Below, one piece after another: positions 49,460 to 61,561 of a stretch of DNA of 64,000 nt. Numbering within the stretch: the first letter of the stretch is position 1; each line of letters starts with the position of its first letter. Location: NCBI RefSeq assembly GCF_046119375.1, contig NW_027362767.1, positions 378,758,001 to 378,822,000 of the forward strand, written 5' to 3'. The notes under the pieces were generated by a model. The model was not told the DNA's origin, did no database searches, and saw only the letters and a list, made by a program, of their open reading frames with translations. The translations under genes were made by a program, and so were the position numbers. This stretch comes from Phyllobates terribilis. Its lineage: Eukaryota.

Positions 49460-52400
49460 GTAAGGCCGGAGGGTCACAAGGGGGTCAGCTCAGGACCAAT
49501 GCCTTATCCTTCATCACAGATCAGTCGGGACCCTCATTAGCACCTGATGGATGTGACTGCGGCTCTCCACCGAGCGCCGTGTCCCCTTTATTACTTACCA
49601 TGCACAGCGCCCCACATGTGGTTATGGTGGTGCCAGGTATTGCAGTACAGTCCCTCTTGTATGGAAGCTGCAGAACAAGAAGATGCAGCCACTAGAAAGA
49701 TTACTGCGCTGTGTCCGAAAAGTACTAAAGGGGTCATTGAGATCCCCGGAGAGCAGCGATCACTTTGATCCTGGCTCCCCCACCAATCCGCTGATCAAAC
49801 ACTGGTGCCATCCATATTTAAAGGGAACCTGTCACCTTGTACATGCAGTTCCGATCTGTGGACGATATAAAAAAGGATTGTGGGAAAAGATTCAGTATAA
49901 CTTGTATTTTATCCATTGAAATCCCTGGTGTTTGTATGTAGGAGTCCAGTGGGCTTTCCTACTAGTGACTGACAGCAGTTTATACAGGGAAGACTGTCAA
50001 TCACTAGTAGAACTGTTCACTGGACTCCTAAAGAAACCTGGGATTGCAATGAATGAAATGCAACTTTTACTGATATTCTTCCCACAAAAATGTCTTATCA
50101 ATCTGATCAGCTCTATAACATCCCATTATTTAGTCTCCTGACCGTGCAATAAATCACTGGCCCCAAAGGTGACATTTCCCTGAGCGCCACCGGGCAGCTG
50201 AGGCCAGTGATTGGTTGCTGCGGTCACTTGTATAACGGACAAGATTTCATCACCTCCGGTATCTGCGGGGACCACCTGAGAGGTGCGGGATGCAAAGGGT
50301 ATAATTTATAACATCACCTACTCTTTGGCAAAATCGTAGAGATCACCTTTATCTGGATGTAAACACGAGATCGCTCTTGGTTAAAGGGATCATGTACTAC
50401 TCGACAATCCCCTTATCAATGTCCCCAAAGTGCAGCTTAAATTAAAAAAAAAATCTTTACTTACCTCCCAGACCAGCGTCACTCGCACAGTAATGTGAAG
50501 GCTGCAGCCGATCAGCAGACACAGGGCAGAGAGCGGAGGAGCGCTGCTTATCTGGGGGAATAGATATAGTTCTTTTTTAAATTTATGTAGATCCCTGAGG
50601 CCATTAATAAGGAAAGCCCCTTTAAATTATGATTTCAATACAGAAACGTCGCCCTCTGGCCAATATTTTGAATCACATCCAGTGCACTCCACTAATTCCA
50701 AACATGGAAAATAAATAATAGGTGAAAAAAGGATGTGATGAACTTTTATTAGACCCTCTGAGGAATCCCAGCGAAACATGACTCTTAATAAAAGTTATAT
50801 TTAATTAATCACATTAGTATCAGAAGGATCAGAGGTTTTTCGCTACTTAGATATTGAAGGCCATCAAAATCAGGACGGTGGGGTCCAACACCCGTTACCC
50901 CTCCCCATCAATCAGCTATTTGCAGCACTGGCGGTAAACTGTGTATAGACCCAGGACAGCTCCATACACCGCTTAGTGGCCATTCTGAGGTACTGCGGCT
51001 CAGCTCCCATTGGAGTGAATATTGGAGGTTGTCGTACCTGAGGACGTACACTACACAGTGTATAGGGCAGCACGGTGGCTCAGTGGTTAGAATTGCAGCC
51101 TTGCAGCGCTGGGGTCCTGGGTTCAAATCCCACCAAGGACAACATCTGCAAGGAGTTTGTATGTTCTCTCCGTGTTTGTGTGAGTTTCCTCCGGGTTCTC
51201 CGGTTTCCTCCCACACTCCAAAGACATACTGATAGGGAATGTAGATTGTGAGCCCCAATGGGGACAGTGCTGATAATGTCTGTATAGCGCTGTGGAATTA
51301 ATGGCGCTATATAAGTGAGTAAAATAATAATAATATAGAGCTGCGCTGTTCTCTCCTTGTATACTGTAAACATCTGGCCACCGGTGGGGCACTGGGATAG
51401 GTCATCAGTATCTAGGTAGTGGACAACCCCCTTTAAAGACCGACCTGTTTAATCCTGTGAACAGCTCATAGTGGATTCTGTCAGGATTATCTAGAACATC
51501 ATGAAAAATCTGTGGCCAGATGGAAGAATAATAATGTCCATGGCCACAGGCGGGATGATAATAGTGATTTATGGTAATTTATTTTATTATTATTAATATT
51601 ATTAATATTTATATGATGAAGAATTATGTTACAGGAACAAGGAAAACACATCCGGATCTTAGAAGGCATGGGTTTCCGTGTGGGTCAAGGACTGATTGAG
51701 CGGTGAGTATTTTCCCCATTTTTTTTTGCTGTACAAACCCTAGAACAAGATATTCTGTAACCCGATCACCTGGACGTTCTGCTTATATTGGATGTAACAC
51801 TATTGGGCCCCAGCTGTAAAAGCTGAAAAACGCGTATTTCCACTGCTGCTTGATGGATACCTTGGAGCAGCCGTCTTATTTCAGTTTATTCTGAATTTTA
51901 CCTGTCCTCTCACACTAAACCGGTAGAAAGGGATCGTCCTGCTGCCCCCCCCCCCCACAGTAAGTTAAAAACTTTTGGTGCACATATATGACTAATATAT
52001 CCAGAAACTGGCCTGATTCTCAATCTCTGTAACTTCTACACTTTTTGAGCATTCTGTCAGCACTATAGGGACTGGAATTTGCATTGTGCTAAGCCCATCA
52101 TTGAGTTATTCTGTATGCAATTAGACAGACAGGAGAGCAGGAGCAGAAAGACGAAGCTTCTCCCCGGCCATCTGTTATCCCTCTCGGTGTCTCTTCTCCT
52201 GGAGATGGATCATACATGACCACAAGCAGTGAGCAAGTTACATGGAATGGAGACACCTAGTGGTCAGCACTTTGAACTGATTTTTTTTTTTAGTGGGCTA
52301 AGACAAGACAACATATGCTTTCACCCCTTTAATGATATAGACATTTTTCTTTAGTTTGCACTTCAGTTTTATTTTACTTTTTTTTATTTTATTGTGTACA

Positions 52401-55400
52401 CAGCCATATGAGGGCTTGTTTTTTTTTATCCCAAGTGAGGTAAAAGGGTGAAAAATCCCGCAATGCCACCGTTTTCATTTGCTTTTATCACTTTAATTGT
52501 GCAGTAAAATGACCCAGCGTCACGATTCTTCACGTCAGGATGATTACACCGATACCAAACGTGTATAGTTTTTTTCATTTTTATTATAGTGGCTTAAAAA
52601 TCCTGAATTTTGTAAAAAAAAAAATATATATATATCTATTTTTTTTTTTTATGGGGCTGTATGTGACACTGGCACAGGGATTCTGATGTTTCTGTTTAGT
52701 TTTGTTTACCTTATGGGTTAAATAATTTTATCTTTTGATAAATCAGACTTTAATGGATGCGGGAATACCAAGGGAGGAGGAGTTTTTTTTGTTATTTTTT
52801 TTATTGTTTTTTACTTTATTTTCACTTGGGATCCTGAAGCTGTGATTGTTTGTAATATATACTGGATTATTGCAGTATATATTATTACCGTATATATACT
52901 GTATATACTGTAACTGGGCTTCACAGGAGCATCAAAACTGCTGTGGTGGAGCGTAGACCGCACCGTTATCGCACCAGTTAAATGCCACTGTTGGATTTTG
53001 ACAGTAGCATTTTAGTAGTTATAAAGCTGTGGCCAGAGCCAGCATGTGATGGCTGTATAGCGCAGCTGGCATCTGTGCTGCTTGGATCAGGCTCAGCTTC
53101 CGAGCCTGCTTCATTCACCTCCACATACAGGTGCATCTCACTAAATTAGAATATCATCAAAAAGTTAATTTATTTCAGTTCTTCAGTACAAAAAGTGAAA
53201 CTCCTATATTATATAGAGTCATTACAAACAGAGTGATCTATTTCAAGTGTTTATTTCTGTTAATGTTGATGATTATGGCTTACAGCCAATGAAAACACAA
53301 AAGTCATCTCAGTAAATTGGAATAATGAACAAAAAACACCTGCAAAGGCTTCCTAAGTGTTTAAAAAGGTCCCTTAGTCTGTTTCTGTAGGCTCCACAAT
53401 CATGGGGAAGATTGCTGACTTGACAGATGTCCAGAAGGCAATCATTGACACACTCCACAAGGTCCCAGAGTTCCAATTTTCATTTGGAAATCAAGGTCCC
53501 AGAGTCTGGAGGAAGAATGAAGAGGCCACAATACAAGCTGCTTGAGGTCTAGTGTGAAGTTTCCACAATCAGTGATGGTTTGGGAGCCATGTCATCTGCT
53601 GGTGTAGGTCCACTGTGTTTTATCAAGACCAAAGTCAGCGCAGCCGTCTACCAGGAAATTTTAGAGCACTTCATGCTTCCCCCTGCCGACAAGCTTTTTG
53701 GAGATGGAAATGTCATTCTCCAGCAGGACTTGGCCCCTGTCCACACTGCCAGAAGCACCAATACCTGGTTTACACACAACAGTATCACTGTGCTTGATTG
53801 GCCAGAAAGCTCGCCTGACCTTAACCCCATAGAGAATCTATTATAGAGAATCTATGGGGTATTGTCAAGAGGAAGATGAGAGACACCAGACCCAACAATG
53901 CAGACGAGCTGAAGGCAGCTATCAAAGCCACCTGGGCTTCCATAACACCTCAGCAGTGTCACAGGCTGATCACCTCCATGCCACATTGCCACATTGATGC
54001 AGTAATTGATGCAAAAGGAGCCCGACCAAGTATTGAGGGCATTTACTGAACATACATTTCAGAAGGCCAACATTTCGGATTCTAAAAACATTTTTCAAGC
54101 TGTTATAAAGTATTCTAATTTACTGAGATAATAACTTTTGTGTGTTTCATTGGCTGTAAGCCATAATCATCAATATTAACAGAAATAAACACTTGAAATA
54201 GATCACTCTGTGTGTAATGATTCTATATAATATAGGAGTTTCACTTTTTGTATTGAAGAACTGAAATAAATTAACTTTTTGATGATATTCTCATTTAGTG
54301 AGATGCACCTGTACATTATGGGAATGGAAGAGGTTAAATAAAGCAATTTGCCCATTTATCACGTATGTAGTGAGGTCAGGTTGTCGGGAACTTTAGTGAC
54401 CGGTGCACAGTGCGGCATCTCTATAAGTTTGTCCTTTTGCCTCTAGGCTGACGAAGGATAGCCCGTCCTTCAAGGATGACCTGGACACCGTAAAATTTGT
54501 CTGTAAAGAGTTTTGGAACATCATTTTCAAGAAGCAGATTGATAATCTGAGAACAAACCATCAGGTATTTCTCTTGTTTTTGATGTAATGAAGTGTTACA
54601 TACTCTCACACATGTGCGGACTGACAATGCGTCTCAGGGGGTCCCCAGCAATCCACATGACATCACCTGTCCCCTCTAGGTCCTGGTGGGAGAACTGTAT
54701 CTGCGATGCTTACCTTTCTGCGTCTCTCGTGCAGGGTACATATGTCTTACAAGACAACAGGTTTCTGCTGCTGACCCAGATCTCCTGCAGTAAGCAATAT
54801 TTAGAGGAAGCGCCAAAGGTACGACTTAGTAATATGCAGCCATCCATTATACCTGCTGCAGAGTATGGCTCATTTTATCACCCGCTGTCTTTTCAGTTTC
54901 TGGCTTACACTTGTGGACTCATCAAAGGTGCACTCTCAAATTTAGGAATCAGTTGTACAGTCTCTGCGGAGGTCCCAGTGATGCCTACATGTGAGTTATT
55001 ACTTGTATACACTGTTTTGATGAAAAGACCCTTCCCAATGTATCTATTACTGCATATCCATCATTGGGTGGGTGCGGGGGTATAAAGCTGAGGAGCTGAG
55101 CTCACTCCATCCATATATACAGCTGGCACCTGTCTTCAGAAGCAGCGATCGGAGCGAGCTCTGACAGTAGCACTGAAACGGCACAGTCTTGGTGAAGGGT
55201 CTATTGTAGTGATTAATGGCTCCCCGGGAGGTGATCATGGCGTGACAATGGGTTGCTAAGCCAGCCAGGGGACCTGCTGAAGGCCTCCATCACTGCCATC
55301 TTGGTGCTCCTATGAAGACCAGCCATAGGCACCGACTGGGCATCATAAGAAATCATTATTTGTACTATATACTGCAATACCGGAGTATTGAGGTATATAG

Positions 55401-56451
55401 TGCGGATCACAGCTCCCATTGGGGGGGGGGGGTTAAAATGAAAAAAAAAAAAAGTTTTTTTTTTTAAGTGATTTAAACAAAAGTAAAAATATCTAAAAGT
55501 TTTGAATCATTCCTTTTTTCACCATCCAAAAATAAAGAAATAATTAAAAAAAATAAAAATAAAAAGCATTCTGCATCACCGCATCCATAACAGTCTTATC
55601 TATGAAAATATACAATTATTTAACTCATAAGTTAAATGTAAAAAAGAAAATCTCAGAATTGATGTTTTTCATTTGTTGCATATCCCCCCCCCCCCCCCAA
55701 ATAAAGTACCGGTCAAAATGTCCTACGTTTCTTAAAATGGTACCAATATAAACTACAGTCAGCACAGAAAAATCAAGCCCGGCACAGCTCCATCAGTGGA
55801 AAAATAGAAAAGTTACAGGTCCCAGAAAATGGCGACACAAACCAAGGTTTTTCTGTTTATTTTTTACAAAGTTGATATTCTTTGCTGATCAGTTTAATGA
55901 TGTATCCTTCAAGGGGTTTGGAGCTCAGTTTCCACTTCAGAGCTCCACATCCCTCCTGCACAGCCATAGATGTTGAATGACCAATTGTAGGGATAAAAAA
56001 AAGACAAAGACCACATGTCCACATCTAGATTGGAAAAGCCACTTGCCACTTATTGCCGACTTTTCTTACGTAGATCTTTGCTCTATTAGCTATAGCGCTG
56101 CCTGTGCAGAGCAGCATCTGCTCTTCTTCTTCCAGGCTACTGTCGACAGAGCATGACTGCTGACTCCCTGCAGTTAGGCCGCGGGGAGCTGGCTGTCAAT
56201 CAGCATGACGTTGCCCCGTAGACAGAGCAGAGCGAAACAGAAGCTGCCGCTCTGTCGACATGACGTCGGCGGAATCCGCTGATTTGCCCCAATGAGCGGT
56301 AAGTGACGGGCTCCAGGCACAGCGGCCAGACCTTCCCTTGAGCTCCATCTACATTGTATGTCTTTCTTGTTCCCTGGTGTAACACGTGTGCAGTAACAAT
56401 GACTTTCTATTCCTCTTAGGTAAATTCCAAGTTGTCGTCTCCAAGAACTAG
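49379..56451 (+). CDS. TRAPPC6A: Trafficking protein particle complex subunit 6; join(49379..49459,51635..51702,54447..54564,54735..54818,54897..54990,56420..56451), 158 aa
   Basis: MADETLFALLHMEM, LEGMGFRVGQGLIER, KKQIDNLRTNHQGTYVLQDN, FLAYTCGLIKGALSNLGI, CKFQV. Exons 81/68/118/84/94/32 nt, all GT-AG. Residues resemble TRAPPC6B; the 6A name rests on adjacency to BLOC1S3 and NKPD1. Confidence 0.93.
51065..51335 (+). mobile_element. tRNA-derived V-SINE in TRAPPC6 intron 1
   Basis: A box gtggctcagtggttag, B box gggttcaaatccc, V-core ggagtttgtatgttctc...ccggtttcctcccacactcc, (AAT)n tail. Confidence 0.9.
51635..51702 (+). CDS. TRAPPC6A: TRAPPC6 exon 2
   Basis: EQGKHIRILEGMGFRVGQGLIER; CAG acceptor, GTGAGT donor. 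Confidence 0.92.
53128..54311 (+). mobile_element. Internally deleted Tc1 DD34E transposon in TRAPPC6 intron 2
   Basis: TA TSDs; caggtgcatctcactaaattagaat...catttagtgagatgcacctg; MGKIADLTD start, QQDLAPVH...SPDLNPIE. Confidence 0.92.
54447..54564 (+). CDS. TRAPPC6A: TRAPPC6 exon 3
   Basis: LTKDSPSFKDDLDTVKFVCKEFWNIIFKKQIDNLRTNHQ. Confidence 0.94.
54735..54818 (+). CDS. TRAPPC6A: TRAPPC6 exon 4
   Basis: GTYVLQDNRFLLLTQISCSKQYLEEAPK. Confidence 0.94.
54897..54990 (+). CDS. TRAPPC6A: TRAPPC6 exon 5
   Basis: FLAYTCGLIKGALSNLGISCTVSAEVPVMPT. Confidence 0.94.
56420..56451 (+). CDS. TRAPPC6A: TRAPPC6 exon 6 (last coding segment)
   Basis: ttcctcttag|gt aaa ttc caa gtt... = CKFQVVVSKN*. Confidence 0.92.
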
Positions 56452-57114
56452 AGAAATAACACCCAGAATTCTTCTACAACTACAATCAGGATCCGTGTTT
56501 AATGCGAAACAAAAAATATCAAAGAAGCCAGCAATATTAGCTATGCAACGCGTTTCACAGATTCCACGTATGCTGTTACGACCTGTAGCCTTCCCTTCTC
56601 ACTGTCGATCTTGCACTTTTTTGATTATTTAGTTCCATTGATCCACAGTAAATGTTCCACGGCCCCGTTCTGTATTTATAGATGTATATACAGTGACAAG
56701 TCCACACTTTGCCGCCCCTTCACTGCCACGTTACATAATCGGGCGGCCGCAGGGAACGCGCTGGTATATTGACTCCTGATTGTCTGCAGCCTCGTTCCCT
56801 AGTGGCACTACGCTCACAAGACTGCCGTGTGTACTGGTGACCACAGACGTTCATTGCTCCGAGGTCTGCAACCTGTCGTGAAACGAACACTCCCAGCGTG
56901 CCATTGCATCTGTGGGTGGTAATGGCATGCTGGGAGTTGTAGTTCCACACCAACTGGGAAGTCACACTTTTAGAAGCCATTGGCATTGATGTTGGACGTT
57001 TGCTCCGTGCCCCCGCGTAGCCCACCTCATACTACTGTACGTTACACTGTGATTATGTTAGTCTTACGAGCCTGCACTGTTTTGTAAAGTGACTTTCCGA
57101 ATTCTTGGTTTGCT

Positions 57115-57120
57115 AATAAA
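57115..57120 (+). terminator. Candidate polyadenylation signal of TRAPPC6
   Basis: First AATAAA after the stop codon, about 660 nt downstream. Confidence 0.55.
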
Positions 57121-57329
57121 GTTTAATTTAATACAAATGCGTTAATTACTGATCTCAGATGTTCTGTAGTAATCGTCAGAAGGGTGGAACAGAAAGCAAA
57201 TGAAAACTGATCTTATAAGCCACTCTGCCCCCTACTGGCAAATTCATGTATACACTATTTAAGAATGGTATATGCAGATGTGGCAGAGCAGATGTTGTCA
57301 TGTGACTGACTTTTTACAGCAATCATTAA

Positions 57330-57655
57330 AGGGATTGTCCACTGCTTACATTTTAGGATGGGTTATCAATATCAGATCAGTGGGGGTCTGACACCCGGTG
57401 TCCCCACTCATCAGCTATTTGCAGGTTCTACATTAACATTGCACAGCTCCGTTCACTGTGTAGTGGCTGTTCTCGGGTACTACAGCCCAGCTCATATTGA
57501 AATCTAAGACGCAGTACCTGCGAATGGCCACTACGCAGAGTATTGTGCTATGCTGCATCCGCGCTTACACTGTATGTGCAAACAGTGGGGTCTCAGCCCC
57601 CCATCAATATGACCCTCAGTATAGCTCATCAATATCTTAGTAGTGGAAAGCCCCT
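57330..57655. mobile_element. Kolobok/T2-type MITE
   Basis: TTAA|agggattgtccact...agtggaaagcccct|TTAA. Confidence 0.7.
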
Positions 57656-57784
57656 TTAATAGGGAAAACCATTGTACATAGAGGGGATCTGCCCAGCTCA
57701 TCTCCCTTCATCATGTGCCAACAGCAGAAATCCATGATCCTGTGTGATCTGCAGTTGAAAGCTAGGTCACATCCCTCGTCCTTA

Positions 57785-57954
57785 GAACACATTCACACCA
57801 TCAGTATTTGTAAGCCAAAACCAGGAGTGGGTGATAAATGCAGAAGTGGTGACGTGTTTCTATTATACTTTTCCTCTGATTGTTCCACTCCGGGTTTTGG
57901 CTTACAAATACTGATGTAAAATACTGACCAAATACTGTAGGTGAGAATGTGGGC
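57785..57954. mobile_element. Harbinger-type MITE, same family as 5369-5562
   Basis: Shared core gtaagccaaaaccaggagtgggtgataaat...ggttttggcttacaaatactgatgtaaaatactgacc. Confidence 0.8.
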
Positions 57955-58381
57955 TTTATATGATCTTCCTCATCTACAGGAACTTTTGCCTTAATATGTG
58001 CCGTCATTACATGGAATTGTGCAGAAAGTTACAGCGAAGTTGAAGGGTCTCAAATTCATAAATGGGTAAAATTGCAAAGTGCTCGTAAGAACAAGTAACT
58101 GCAATGTAACCCTTATTAAAAATTCTCTCTGTTCTCAAGTACGGAAGGATTCTTAATTTTACAGCTCGTTGCCTATGTTTCCGACCACCTCTGCAATCTC
58201 AGCATGGCCTATTACCTAGGCAAGAAGTGCACGAGTGGGCTCTATGCTTTACAGCCTGCCTGCGTCTCTCTGATGCTGGCGGACGTGTGCGGATCAGGGT
58301 CAGTCTATTGTGAGGATCTAGATTTCAGGATAATTTTTTTTTTCAAACCATGATGTGAAAAATTAACAAAAAGTGCTTTAA

Positions 58382-58705
58382 GGGGTTTTCCTTTTCCAGA
58401 AAACCCCTTTTCTCAGCTGCAAGCTGTTTGAAAATAAAAATCAAGTTGTTCTTTACTCACCTTCCCCAGGTCCAGTATTCAGTCTCTGCCGCTGATCCCA
58501 GTGTCTGTTATTGACTGCAGCACTGACATCACATCGACAGCGCTGCAGCCAATCATTGAACTCAGCGGCTCACTCAATTTGGGCAGAGCTCAGTGCTGCA
58601 GTCAATAACCAACATCGGAGACTCTGCTCTGGACCTGGGGAGGGTGGTTAAAGGTTTTTTTTTCCATTGCAGGCAGGCAGGCACAGGAGTCTTCTGAAAA
58701 CCCCT
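58382..58705. mobile_element. Kolobok/T2-type MITE
   Basis: TTAA|ggggttttc...gaaaacccct|TTAA with an internal inverted tccccaggtccag/ctggacctggg. Confidence 0.7.
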
Positions 58706-58944
58706 TTAACATAAAAACTTTATTCAAACTCTAGATTATTTTCTGAAGATAGCTCGTTGTTACAGCCCCTATGACACAGTCTTCAGCTGTCATTCCTGGT
58801 CAGCTACTTTTGGTCTCCCGAAAAATGGCTTTATCATACTCTTGTAATTCAAAACAGTCACATGACTCTTCTTTTTTAGCCAATGAGCGCGTTTCCAGTA
58901 AGGAAGGCGTGGCTCGTTCTAGAAGCGCTGAGAAACACATGACT

Positions 58945-59100
58945 GCCACCGCGCCTGCGCACTAACGTGAATGGGAGCGCGCAGCGTATGACGTCACTCT
59001 GTGGGCATATACCCCGCCCACATTCGCCCTCACGGCATCCGGGAGCAGCTTTGCGGCAGTCGCATCATTTCCGGTCTGTAGAAGCAGGGACCTGGTGAGG
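58945..59100 (+). promoter_or_regulatory. CpG-rich promoter and probable non-coding first exon of an unidentified downstream gene
   Basis: NRF1-like GCGCCTGCGC 58951, CRE TGACGTCA 58989, GC box CCCCGCCC 59012, ETS-like TTTCCGG 59068, donor CTG|GTGAGG at 59095. Confidence 0.6.
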
Positions 59101-61380
59101 AGGGTGCTGTAGGGAGCGGTGTTCTGCGGTCGTTGTGTCCCGTGTATATGGAGTTATGTGGTGCTGCTGTGTTGGGGGATGGGTGCGGGGAGCTGACGGT
59201 GTAACACAGCAGGGGAGGCTCCCGCCATTGCTCTGGGTGCTGCATGGCCTGGGAGCTGCTGCCATGACAGCTGGCGTGCAGCATGTAGTCTGCAGGCAGG
59301 CGGAGGCGCACAAGGCTCTGTCACTGCTGAAAGCTCATTTGTGCAAAATAAATTCTGCAGATTGCATTTATCATTTCATGTTGTTGCATTTTATATCGTC
59401 CCCCAGGATTGGTGCAACCTCTTCATATGCACTGTCCTGATCAGAAGCCGCCTGTGCTGTCATACAGGTTCAAAGATGGGGGCTGTGTCCTATGCTCAGC
59501 CTGATTGTAGTTCCTTCTAAAAGGGGCTGTCCACTCCATTATAACTGTTATATAGGGGCAGAGACCCTGAGTCCTGTGATATATCACTTAACGGGCTGCT
59601 TGCTGCAGTTTTGATAAAATCACAGGTTTCTCTGCTGCAGATCTAGCAGAGCTGTGAATGCTGATCTGTGCATAACTCCGCCCACACCACTGATTGGCAG
59701 CCCTTTCAGCCTATGCACAGTTTACACAGAGGTGCAGGGTTATAAAGAGCTCATATATATGGAGGACTAAATGGCAGCAGGTTTATTAGTCCTCTAGTGA
59801 TAATCTGCTGATAAAACAGTGATTTTTTTTTTTTTATTTTTATTTTTTTTTAAATCAAAACTACAGCAAGCAGCCCAGTAAGTGACCCATTCCTGGAATC
59901 AGGGTCTTTGTGCCTACATTAGCCTGCTCTCAGATGGAGAAGCAAATTCCCTTTAGATTCCCTTTAAATCTGTCAGCCAGATTCCATAGCCCAAACTATT
60001 TATTTATATGCGTAAGTTAAGAAAAGTCCAGCACTGCCTTTACCCAGAGAGTTCCTCCCGCCCAGCGCTGCCTGCTTGACTGACGACTCCTTTTCCTAAA
60101 GTTACAGTATAGAGGCTGTCAGTCAAGCAGGAGGAGGCGGGAAATAGAGCTGGAGCTGGAGTGACAACGGCTTCAGATCTACTATAGCTCTTCAGCCTCA
60201 TTTGCATATAGATTCAAATGCTGATTTCTCAGTAATAGAGGAACAGACTGGCCATGTAAAGGTCTTGCTGCACCTGTCTTTAAATGAGCCACGTGCATAC
60301 GAATAGTTTAGGGTCACGTCATCCACTTTTCATCAAGATAGAATTATAATAATCTTTATTTATATAGCGCCAACATCTTCCGCAGCGCTTAACAATTCAC
60401 AGGTTCATGTACAACAGTCATAAGTAACATAGCTAAAGATAATATTTGCGGCCTGTGAAAGGATCGGGGCGACGCTGAGTGTGAGCTAGTTCCACCCATT
60501 GGACTGGACCGTGCAATTTGCATGACGTGAGGGACATGAATTAAAGACTTTTTTCGGGGCTATGCAGGGGCACCTATGAGGGTGGTATAAAGGGGTTGTA
60601 GGACAATTTGCATGCTTTAAAAAAAGTTTAACTTTTCTCTTTTTCTGTTGCCTCCTGTTGAGATTGCCCACTGATCACATGTTGGACTAAAGTGTTGTCA
60701 GGGATAATTGCTGTGATACCAGGGTGCACTCATTAAAAGTGCTACATTGATTACGGGAATGTTTAGATATTTACATGTCGGCTTGTGGAGAGTTTTTGTT
60801 GCTTTGTGCATTTCTTAGCAGATGGCTACGGGGATTTTTTTTTTTTACATTTTTTTTTTCTTCCCACCTGCAGCACTGCATCAGGAACCTCCCATAGATA
60901 AAAGCTGCTTTATTGTCCGTGACATTATATTGGACACATTCTGTTTATACAAATTGCTAATCTCTTGTTTGAAGAGCGGATTTATTAGCTTGTTCTGCTG
61001 GTTTTACACATAAGCTATTTTCTCCTACTTCTGTGGGGTGTGTTGTCCTGTGATCCCCCGGCTCCACAAGCATCTACTGGATCAGCCAAAAATTGTCGAT
61101 TTCATTCATTCTTTCATGCGTTCGGTCGGTCATTCATGCATGCATGCATGCATGCCTGCATTAGCAACGTTTTATGACAGACTGGATTGTATGAAGCCGA
61201 TGTTACAATTTTTATTTTTTTTTTATAATCTGAATTAGCATTTTCCTGTTTGACTTATATATCCCTTTTAAAGGGTTATTCTTATTGTAGATGGTTAAAA
61301 TTGACAATTGCTTGTAAAACAGTAACTTTGCAACTCGCTATTAAAAAAAATACTCTGTTCTCAGGAACTTTTTAGTTTTA

Positions 61381-61561
61381 GACCACGACCCCACTATCAG
61401 TATTCGGTCAGTATTTTTTCTCAGGAGTGGAAGCCAAAACCAGGTGAGGAACAATCAGAAAAAAGGTATAATAGAAACAAGTCACCAATTCTGCATTTAT
61501 CACTTACTCCTGGTTTTGGCTCCCACTCCTGAGAAAAAATAGTGATAGTGGGGCCGTGGCC
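61381..61561. mobile_element. Harbinger-type MITE related to 5369-5562, opposite orientation
   Basis: gaccacgaccccactatca...tgatagtggggccgtggcc; the core is the reverse complement of the 5369 family core. Confidence 0.72.

Noticed and set aside
51065-51140. tRNA-like A and B boxes
   Set aside because: Head of a V-SINE with core and tail; no complete cloverleaf.
54588-55085. 165-aa ORF
   Set aside because: A composite of TRAPPC6 exons 4-5 and flanking intron sequence.
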